This document shows positions 32,720-40,140 of a DNA stretch of 64,000 nt, piece by piece. Source of the stretch: Flavobacteriaceae bacterium. Its GTDB lineage: Bacteria > Bacteroidota > Bacteroidia > Flavobacteriales > Flavobacteriaceae. Position 1 is the stretch's first letter. The number at the start of each line of letters is the position of its first letter. Below the pieces are notes generated by a model that worked only from the letters and a program-made list of their open reading frames with translations, did not search any database and had not been told where the DNA came from. The position numbers and the translations under genes are program-made. The DNA lies in NCBI GenBank assembly GCA_003443635.1, contig CP031964.1, positions 526,321-590,320 of the forward strand. The letters run 5' to 3'.

Positions 32720-33320
32720 AAGTATTTGGTTTTAAAGGTTCAATAGGTTTTTTTGTATGATCAACAATTAAGACGCCGTTTGCAGTAACGTCAACGACTT
32801 TAATTATAGTTCCTGATTTTAAATCGGTAAAAGAATCGGTTAATGCATCTAATTCTCTCATTGTGCCTTGTACTTTGACACTTATTTTACCCATTCTTGA
32901 GCGATTTGCTCCAATAGTTAGATATACTTCACCAATAGCATCAATGGCATTTTTAATGTTTAAAGTGCCGCTATCCGTAAGTCTACTCATAAAGTAGAAG
33001 AGTGCAGCCATAATAGTCATCATTACTAATCCGCAAAAAGAAGAGACGATAATCGTTAGTGTTTGAGATAAACCAGCGTCAATACATGCAATACCACTCC
33101 AACCAAAAATGGTAAAAAAACCAATAAGATTTTTAAAAGTAATAAACTGAAATCCAATTCCAATATCATTATCAATTTCTGTATCTAAATCATCAACCCC
33201 ATCAGTATCGCCACCTATAAAAGACATTATCATTACAACTACAAAAATCAGTGATCCTATAAGAGCAATTACCCAATATAATTTTGGTAAGAACTCCAAA
33301 TTTGAAAACCATTCTCCCAT
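32688..33320 (-). CDS. YqiJ/NfeD-like membrane protein (flotillin partner, DUF1449-like)
   Basis: It has three to four TM helices and a C-terminal beta-rich (OB-like) tail. It overlaps the flotillin start by 32 nt, which matches the classic yqiJ-yqiK pairing. Confidence 0.55.
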   Translation of the reverse strand: MGEWFSNLEFLPKLYWVIALIGSLIFVVVMIMSFIGGDTDGVDDLDTEIDNDIGIGFQFITFKNLIGFFTIFGWSGIACIDAGLSQTLTIIVSSFCGLVMMTIMAALFYFMSRLTDSGTLNIKNAIDAIGEVYLTIGANRSRMGKISVKVQGTMRELDALTDSFTDLKSGTIIKVVDVTANGVLIVDHTKKPIEPLKPNTYEITEHTGEL

Positions 33321-33377
33321 AACATTAAAGATTTAAAATGAATTAATAAAGATACGACCATTATAAGATTATTCATC

Positions 33378-34559
33378 TTATTTTGAAAGTAATACGGACA
33401 CTGCGTTACCACCAAAGCCTACAGCATTTATCATAATTTTTGAAATCTTTTTTGGATGCGATTGATCCAGATAAGGAATATCAATAAAAGTTTGATGGTT
33501 AAGCATAAGTACGGCCATTTCTATACTTAATAATCCGGAAGCTCCAAGACTATGACCTACTTTCAATTTATTAGTAGTCAATGCTGGAACTTTGTTACAA
33601 AAAATTTTCTTTATTGCATTATATTCTGCTAAATCTCCTTTTATTGTTCCTGGAGTATGTGTAATAATACAATCTATTTCATCTGGATTTAATTTCCCTA
33701 AAGCCATTTTCATGGAACGCTGAAAACAATCTGCATTTGTTGATAAAGATGCATTGTGATTTAAAATCTCGGTACCATAACCAATACCCGTAATAAAGGC
33801 TAAAGCATTATCTTTTTCTCCAATTTCTAAGCAAGCCATTGCAGCAGCTTCACCAAGAATCATACTATTTCTGGTTTTATTAAAATCTAAAGGTTTACAT
33901 GGGTAGGATTCTTTATATTGCTTAGAATCATGCTCTTCTTTTGAATAGATCTTTAATGCTTTCATCTGAGCAATGGTGAAAGGAGTTAAAGGTGCTTCAC
34001 TACCACCAACTAAAAATTTATTGCTTAAACCAGATTGTAACCAAGCAATACCATTAAGCATTGCATGTAGTGCTGTTGAACAGGTAATAGAGTGTGAAAT
34101 TTCTGGACCTTTAGTTTGTAAATCATGTGCAATCCATGATGAAATATTGCCTAACGTTGTGGTTGGAGAAGTTAAAATTTCTGTTTTGTTTTTATTTAAG
34201 AACTCTTTAAAATAACGCTCAAATAAACCTGTTGCGCCACGAGAAGATCCTACATTTATTCCAAAATTATCAGAAGCTTTCCAATTGGCTTGTTTTACAG
34301 CATTTCGTGCAGTAAATATTCCAAACAGAACGGAGTCATCTAATTGTTTATATTTTAAATTAGAATTCCTAAGTGTTTCAATTTGTTCTCTAGCATCATC
34401 GGAAAGTTGAGCGATGTAATTACCGTTGACTTTTGTAAAAAAATGTTTTTTTGACAAATAATTTTCCCATATCGATTTGGTTTGAAAGCCGATTGGAGAA
34501 ATTGATGAAATTGCAGTTATAGAAATAGGTTGTTGCAAGTGTATTAATAGTTTTGGCAA
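33378..34559 (-). CDS. beta-ketoacyl-[ACP] synthase, elongating type (FabB/FabF clan), embedded in the biotin locus
   Basis: A Cys-His-His triad is recognisable: ITCSTALHA (Cys), ITHTPGT (His), KVGHSLGASG (His). The C-terminal glycine-rich NAVGFGGNAVSVLL block is also present. It is 393 aa. Confidence 0.85.
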   Translation of the reverse strand: MPKLLIHLQQPISITAISSISPIGFQTKSIWENYLSKKHFFTKVNGNYIAQLSDDAREQIETLRNSNLKYKQLDDSVLFGIFTARNAVKQANWKASDNFGINVGSSRGATGLFERYFKEFLNKNKTEILTSPTTTLGNISSWIAHDLQTKGPEISHSITCSTALHAMLNGIAWLQSGLSNKFLVGGSEAPLTPFTIAQMKALKIYSKEEHDSKQYKESYPCKPLDFNKTRNSMILGEAAAMACLEIGEKDNALAFITGIGYGTEILNHNASLSTNADCFQRSMKMALGKLNPDEIDCIITHTPGTIKGDLAEYNAIKKIFCNKVPALTTNKLKVGHSLGASGLLSIEMAVLMLNHQTFIDIPYLDQSHPKKISKIMINAVGFGGNAVSVLLSK

Positions 34560-34631
34560 AAATAAGATTTATGGAAGTAACAAAAAAGATAAATACGCTA
34601 CATATATACATAACAAAAAACGAATACGTTT

Positions 34632-35057
34632 ATGGAGCGAAAAAAAAGTTGGTTTGGTAGAAATTGGCCCTGGGTTATTCCAGTTGGAGGTTGTTTGACA
34701 ATAATATTACTTTTTGTTTTTGGAATTGGAGCAGCAATTTTTGGTGTTACAAAACTTATTACAAATTCTACGCCTTACTCTTATGCTTTAGAATTGGCTA
34801 AAGATGACTCAAATGTAATAAGTATTTTAGGTGATCCTATTGAAACAAATGGAATTATGAGTGGGAGCCTTAGTTTTGAAAATAATGATGGAGAAGTAGA
34901 TATTAAAATTCCGATAAAAGGGCCTAATGGAGAAGGTTCTATTATTGTTATAGGAGAAAAATACGATGGAGAATGGATATATGAAAAGTTATATGTTTTA
35001 ATAAAAGAAACTAATGAAAAAATTAATTTATTAGAAAAAGCTTTAGAAGGTATCTAA
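34632..35057 (+). CDS. small single-TM membrane protein (Coa1/DUF1783-like?)
   Basis: It is 141 aa, with a basic N-terminus, one TM helix, and a soluble Gly/Asp-rich beta domain. It overlaps the bioA 3' end by 15 nt on the opposite strand. Confidence 0.4.
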   Translation: MERKKSWFGRNWPWVIPVGGCLTIILLFVFGIGAAIFGVTKLITNSTPYSYALELAKDDSNVISILGDPIETNGIMSGSLSFENNDGEVDIKIPIKGPNGEGSIIVIGEKYDGEWIYEKLYVLIKETNEKINLLEKALEGI

Positions 35058-36308
35058 AGCTTTTTCTATAGTGAGGTATATTTTTTTTAATTCTTCTTTT
35101 GTAATTACAAATGGAGCTAAAATATAAATAGTATTCCCCAAAGGTCTTAAACATACACCATTTTCCATAAAGAAATCAAATAATTGATCTCTTAAATTTC
35201 CATAGCGTTCCATTTTAATATCTAAATCAAGTGCAAAAATTACTCCTAATTGTCGTGTTTGTGCAATTTTTGGATGATGTTTAATATGTTCATCAAACTT
35301 TTTATGTGATGCTACAATTTGTTGAATATTATTTTGAATTTCTTGGGATTGTAATAACTCTATTCCAGCTAAAGCTGCTGTACATGCAACGGGATTGGCA
35401 GAATACGTATGACCATGAAAAAAACCTTTAGATATATCACTACTTAAAAATGCGTTATATACGTTTTGTGTTGCTGAAGTAATTGCCATTGGAACCATAC
35501 CAGCAGTTAGAGATTTTGATAAACATATAATATCGGGCAATGTATTTAAATGCTCTGAAGCAAAATACTTTCCTGTTTTACCAAAACCAGTCATCACCTC
35601 ATCAGCAATAGCTAAAACATTATATTGTTTTGCAATACTTAATAACTCATTTAAATATTCGGCAGAGTACATTTGCATTGCAGCAGCACCTTGTACTAAA
35701 GGTTCATAAATAAAAGCTGCAACAGTATTTGTTTTTACAAGTTGTGTAAATTGCTCTTTTATAGTTTTAAAATTATTTTGGTTAGGAACAGGAAGACGTT
35801 CTACATCTATAAAAAAATCTTTGAAGGGACCATTGTAAACAGATAAACCAGATACACTCATGGCACCAAAAGTATCACCATGAAACCCATCTTCTAAAGC
35901 AATTATTTTATTGCGCTTTTCATCATTGTTAAAATGATATTGTAACGCCATTTTTATAGCAACATCTACAGAAGTTGAGCCATTATCACTAAAAAATAAT
36001 TTTTCCTGATTCTCAGGAAGAATATTAATTAAAGCTTCTGATAGCTTTACAGCAGGTTCGTGCGTAAACCCTGCAAATACAACATGATCTAACTGTTGCA
36101 TTTGTAGGTTCATTTTTTTGATAATATAATCATTACAATGCCCATACATGCAAGTATACCAAGATGCTATCCCATCAATATAACTATTGCCATTTTCATC
36201 GTATAATAATGCGCCCTTGGCTTTAGTGATGGCCAAATGTTCAGGGTGTAATTTATGTTGTGTTAATGGATGCCACAGATGTTTTTTATCACGTTCTTTT
36301 ATGCTCAT
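35043..36308 (-). CDS. bioA: adenosylmethionine-8-amino-7-oxononanoate aminotransferase
   Basis: It begins MSIKERDKKHLWHP and has class-III aminotransferase blocks with the PLP-lysine region (ICLSKSLTAG). It is 421 aa. Confidence 0.9.
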   Translation of the reverse strand: MSIKERDKKHLWHPLTQHKLHPEHLAITKAKGALLYDENGNSYIDGIASWYTCMYGHCNDYIIKKMNLQMQQLDHVVFAGFTHEPAVKLSEALINILPENQEKLFFSDNGSTSVDVAIKMALQYHFNNDEKRNKIIALEDGFHGDTFGAMSVSGLSVYNGPFKDFFIDVERLPVPNQNNFKTIKEQFTQLVKTNTVAAFIYEPLVQGAAAMQMYSAEYLNELLSIAKQYNVLAIADEVMTGFGKTGKYFASEHLNTLPDIICLSKSLTAGMVPMAITSATQNVYNAFLSSDISKGFFHGHTYSANPVACTAALAGIELLQSQEIQNNIQQIVASHKKFDEHIKHHPKIAQTRQLGVIFALDLDIKMERYGNLRDQLFDFFMENGVCLRPLGNTIYILAPFVITKEELKKIYLTIEKALDTF

Positions 36309-36362
36309 AATAATTTTCTATGTATTTTACTTAACTGAGATTTCAAAAATAATTGATTTTTA

Positions 36363-36971
36363 TTATAGCTTTTCTTTAAAAACATCTGCATATTCTTTAA
36401 TTACGTTTTTATCAAAATAAGGCTCTTCATTGATACGTCCAATAACAGGAGTATTTGTCATTTTTTGAATAATATCTTCTGTCGATTTATGTTCATTTCC
36501 ACTATAAATAAGAGAAATATCAAACCCCCTTTCTGTTAAATAATTTAAAGTCAATAGTGTATGGTTAATACTCCCTAAATAATGACGAGATACAACAATA
36601 ACTTTATATTTAGGTTTGATAATATCTAAAACTGTTTGTTTATTATTTAAAGGAACTAATAATCCACCAGCCCCTTCAATAATTAAATTGTTTTTGATTT
36701 TTGGAGCGGTTATTTTTTTTAAATCTATAGTAATGCCATCAATATTTGCTGCACCATGTGGACTCATAGGTGTTTGCAGCGCATAGGTACTTGGGTAAAA
36801 TTTAGATTTCGAATTTGATATTAAGCATTTTACTTTATGTGTATCTGTATTGTCTAATTCTCCAGCTTGTATAGGCTTCCAATAATCAGCCTCTAGAGCT
36901 TCAGTAAGTATAGCCGATGCTATTGTTTTTCCTACATCTGTAGATATTCCTGTAACAAAATAAGTGTTCAT
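36363..36971 (-). CDS. bioD: dethiobiotin synthase
   Basis: It has the P-loop FVTGISTDVGKT and is 202 aa. Confidence 0.9.
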   Translation of the reverse strand: MNTYFVTGISTDVGKTIASAILTEALEADYWKPIQAGELDNTDTHKVKCLISNSKSKFYPSTYALQTPMSPHGAANIDGITIDLKKITAPKIKNNLIIEGAGGLLVPLNNKQTVLDIIKPKYKVIVVSRHYLGSINHTLLTLNYLTERGFDISLIYSGNEHKSTEDIIQKMTNTPVIGRINEEPYFDKNVIKEYADVFKEKL

Positions 36972-37381
36972 TTTATATTGAATTCGGTTTTACATTGTTC
37001 GCAAATATATTTATGCTTTGTATGAAAGGGAAGTGTTCCGGTTAATACACCAATACAAAATGAAAAAAAGGATTTAAAATCAGTTATCGTTGAGAACAAT
37101 TCTATTTTTTCACTTTCACAATTTGGGCACTTAATAATATTACCTTGATCATTTATCGAATATCTTTGGATAGATCGCAAAATAATTTCAGCTTCATCGA
37201 CCTGGTCAGACAATACTTTTAATTTCACACCACCAATAGCATTACTTACCAAAGGATCTGTATCTATAGTAAGGTTGTCGGATAGAAATACTTCTATACC
37301 TTCAGATTCTAATCGCCCTTTTATAATCTGTGCTTCCGAAGAATATTGAAATTTTGCTATAGTTTTAAATATGTCACTCAT
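36968..37381 (-). CDS. DUF2007-like (putative signal-transducing, PII-like) domain protein with C-terminal CxxC…CxxC zinc ribbon
   Basis: It is 137 aa with Cys pairs CPNCESEK … CEQCKTEF. It makes ATGA overlaps with both the bioF stop and the bioD start. Confidence 0.5.
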   Translation of the reverse strand: MSDIFKTIAKFQYSSEAQIIKGRLESEGIEVFLSDNLTIDTDPLVSNAIGGVKLKVLSDQVDEAEIILRSIQRYSINDQGNIIKCPNCESEKIELFSTITDFKSFFSFCIGVLTGTLPFHTKHKYICEQCKTEFNIK

Positions 37382-38538
37382 GCAGCTACAAAAGTAGCTA
37401 AGAAGCTTAAAACTTTTGTTATTTCTTCTTTAGAATTGTAAGAATGGATACAAAACCTCAATCGTTCTTCTCCTTTTGATACTGTAGGAGATAAAATAGG
37501 TTTTACATTAAAGCCACTTTCTTTAAGTTTATTAGAAATAGATTTCACTAATTTGTTTTTAGGAATAATGCATGATTGTATCGCAGAATCACTATTTATA
37601 AAATAAGTGCTAAGGTTTTTATGTTTTATTTCAGATTTAAAAAATTGAATATTATAATGCAATTTTTTAATTGCATCTGTGTTTTTTAACTCATTATAAG
37701 CTGATTCAATAGTTGCTAAAGTATGTAATGGTAATGCAGTAGTGTAAATGAAGCTTCGTGCAAAATTAATGAGATATTCTTTTAAATTTCTAGAGCCTAA
37801 AACAGCAGAACCATGACATCCTAACGCTTTTCCGAAAGTAACAAGTCTAGCAAAAATCTGATCTTGTATTCCTAATTCTTGTATTAATCCTTTTCCATTA
37901 CCAAATACTCCTAAAGTATGAGCTTCGTCTATAATTAAATGATAATTATATTGTGTGCAAAAATCACAAAATTGAATTAGATTGGGTGAATCTCCATCCA
38001 TAGAAAAAACAGATTCGGTTACAATATAAACTTCTGACTTAATATTAGTTTTGGTAAGTCGAAGTAATTTTTCTTGCAAATCTGTTAAATCATTATGCTT
38101 GAATTTATACGATTTTGCATTACTTAAAGAAATGCCATCTCTTATAGAAGCGTGACTATATTCGTCATAAAAAATAAAATCATCTTTTTGAGGAATACAA
38201 GAGAGTAAACCTAGATTAGCATCATACCCAGAATTAAAAATTAAAGCAGTTTCACTTTCGTGAAATTCACAAAGTGCTTCTTCTACTAAAGTATATAAAT
38301 AATGATTCCCATTAAGTAAACGAGAACCAGTTGCTCCATTTTGCAATAATTCATGTTCAGTTAAATACTGATGAGTATTGGTAAAGATTGATTTAGATTT
38401 TGAAAATCCTAAATAATCATTAGATGTAAAATCGATTAAATTTGATGCTATACTATTAAGCTCTCGAAATGAATTATTCTCTTTCCGTTGGTTGAGTTTA
38501 GATTGAAGTTTTTTTGGAAATTGCTTCATAGGAAGCAA
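37378..38538 (-). CDS. bioF: 8-amino-7-oxononanoate synthase
   Basis: It has alpha-oxoamine synthase blocks (DEAHTLGVFGNGKG) and the PLP-lysine region TFGKALGCHGSAV. It is 386 aa. Confidence 0.85.
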   Translation of the reverse strand: MLPMKQFPKKLQSKLNQRKENNSFRELNSIASNLIDFTSNDYLGFSKSKSIFTNTHQYLTEHELLQNGATGSRLLNGNHYLYTLVEEALCEFHESETALIFNSGYDANLGLLSCIPQKDDFIFYDEYSHASIRDGISLSNAKSYKFKHNDLTDLQEKLLRLTKTNIKSEVYIVTESVFSMDGDSPNLIQFCDFCTQYNYHLIIDEAHTLGVFGNGKGLIQELGIQDQIFARLVTFGKALGCHGSAVLGSRNLKEYLINFARSFIYTTALPLHTLATIESAYNELKNTDAIKKLHYNIQFFKSEIKHKNLSTYFINSDSAIQSCIIPKNKLVKSISNKLKESGFNVKPILSPTVSKGEERLRFCIHSYNSKEEITKVLSFLATFVAA

Positions 38539-38552
38539 AGGTATTACTAAAT

Positions 38553-39095
38553 CTAAATAGTTAAGCTTATTTCGGCATTTTTAAAACTATCTTTGTGTAT
38601 TAACTTAAAGTTACCTTTATCTGTAGCATCTAAGACATCAATATTTAATTTTTCAGCAATAAAAAAAGCTTTTTTAAATGCATTTTGATAATCTGATAAT
38701 GTAATAACATTCAACTTATCATTGTTTTCATTCCACAAATTAAGTTCATATTTATCATTAGTTTTAAAAACCGAAATGTATTGAGGGCGTGTTAATTTTT
38801 TCCACTTTCTTCTAAACTTAAGTAATCCAAGTGTATATGTTCGACGCATTTTACGATGCTTTAAATCTAATTTAACTCTAGAATTAATAATGTGTTGGTA
38901 TGTAAACATTACTAAAAACCCAAAAGCCCAAATGATATACATATATGCCACAGCATCTGTAACATCTGGTTTAGGAACTATATATAATACAACATATATT
39001 GCAGTAGCAATAAAAAGAATATAAGCAGAAATTATAACAATTGTTTTAATGGACAGTTTTTGAGGCTCCTGAATAATTAAGTCTTTTGTTTTCAT
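38553..39095 (-). CDS. two-TM membrane protein with C-terminal soluble domain (bacterial PH-like?); paralog A
   Basis: It is 180 aa. Its stop lies 14 bp upstream of the bioF start. It is clearly homologous to 41961..42503 (DLIIQEPQK, YISVFKT, IAEKLNIDVLDATDKGN). Confidence 0.5.
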   Translation of the reverse strand: MKTKDLIIQEPQKLSIKTIVIISAYILFIATAIYVVLYIVPKPDVTDAVAYMYIIWAFGFLVMFTYQHIINSRVKLDLKHRKMRRTYTLGLLKFRRKWKKLTRPQYISVFKTNDKYELNLWNENNDKLNVITLSDYQNAFKKAFFIAEKLNIDVLDATDKGNFKLIHKDSFKNAEISLTI

Positions 39096-39330
39096 CTGTT
39101 TGGATTAATTGTTGGTATATCAGATGTAGGTTTTCCAAGATTAGACTTCGGCTGGGACAGAACGCATTAACATGGATTAATTATAAATACAAAGTTACGT
39201 ATTATTGTTTGGTTTTAATTTGCTAAAAAATACACTTTATCGAAAAAAGCAATGCGTTTTGACTTAATAATGAGAGTTTTATATCAAAAATGATAATATT
39301 TTATATTGTTTAAAAATAAAAAATTATTGT

Positions 39331-39369
39331 TTATCGATAATTTTATTATATATTTGTTATCGTTAAACA
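39331..39369. promoter_or_regulatory. operator-like sites in a divergent promoter region: perfect palindrome TTATCGATAA plus a related TTATCGTTAA 13 bp downstream
   Basis: I read this directly: ttgtttatcgataattttattatatatttgttatcgttaaacag, ending 7 bp before the DUF2975 start codon. Confidence 0.3.
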
Positions 39370-39375
39370 GTAATT

Positions 39376-39885
39376 ATGAATACTGCAAGAATACTTTATT
39401 CGATATTAAATGTTATTATTTTCCTACTTCTAATAGGTATTGGTTTGGGAATCTTCTTTTTTGTAATGATTCTATTTGGTGTGAAACAAGATTTTCTAGG
39501 TATAGATGAAGGTTTAGTCAGTTTCAAAACTGAAGCAATGTTGTATGTATATACAATCTTAAGGCTTGGAGTCTACGTCGTTTTTGTTGTTACTCTTTGG
39601 AATATGAGAAAGGCTACAAAATTGTTATTAAAAAAAGATTTTTATAACAAAGAACTTATAAACGCACTATCAACCTCTGGAAAACTTATGGTTATTGCTG
39701 GAATTTCTTCATGGTGTATTAATGGGATAAGTAATGTGTTTTTTAAATTCAAATTTTTAATTGGTCTAAGCGAAAAAACATTGGTGTATTTATTAATAAT
39801 AGCCATGGGATTGTTTTTTATGCTAATCAGTACGGTTCTTAGAGACACTAAGATTATAAAAGAAGAAAACGACCTAACCATTTAA
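39376..39885 (+). CDS. DUF2975 family membrane protein
   Basis: It is 169 aa with four TM helices. It sits in the usual position, 3 bp upstream of a small XRE-type HTH gene. Confidence 0.7.
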   Translation: MNTARILYSILNVIIFLLLIGIGLGIFFFVMILFGVKQDFLGIDEGLVSFKTEAMLYVYTILRLGVYVVFVVTLWNMRKATKLLLKKDFYNKELINALSTSGKLMVIAGISSWCINGISNVFFKFKFLIGLSEKTLVYLLIIAMGLFFMLISTVLRDTKIIKEENDLTI

Positions 39886-39888
39886 GTT

Positions 39889-40095
39889 ATGCCAATCATT
39901 GTAAATCTTGATGTAATGCTCGCAAAACGAAAAATGAAAAGCAAAGACTTGGCAGAAATCATTGGTATTACTACAGCAAATTTGTCTATTTTAAAATCAG
40001 GGAAGGCTAAAGCCATTCGGTTTTCCACCCTCGAAGCAATCTGTAAAGCACTCGATTGTCAGCCTAATGATATTTTAGAATATATTGAAGATTAA
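39889..40095 (+). CDS. XRE-family helix-turn-helix transcriptional regulator (YozG-like)
   Basis: It is 68 aa. The block LAEIIGITTANLSILKSGKAKAIRFSTLEAICKALDCQPNDIL is a canonical Cro/C1 HTH. Confidence 0.8.
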   Translation: MPIIVNLDVMLAKRKMKSKDLAEIIGITTANLSILKSGKAKAIRFSTLEAICKALDCQPNDILEYIED

Positions 40096-40140
40096 AAAAC
40101 ACTCAAAAAATACTATCTTAGATGCTCAAAATTTAACGCA

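Noticed and set aside
34420-34611. 63-aa minus ORF overlapping the KAS start region
   Set aside because: It is in a different frame over the KAS N-terminus, and the KAS N-terminal segment is well formed.
39306-39509. 67-aa plus-strand ORF overlapping the DUF2975 start, and the 39642..39881 minus ORF
   Set aside because: They overlap the better-supported 169-aa DUF2975 membrane protein, which has the expected HTH gene 3 bp downstream.
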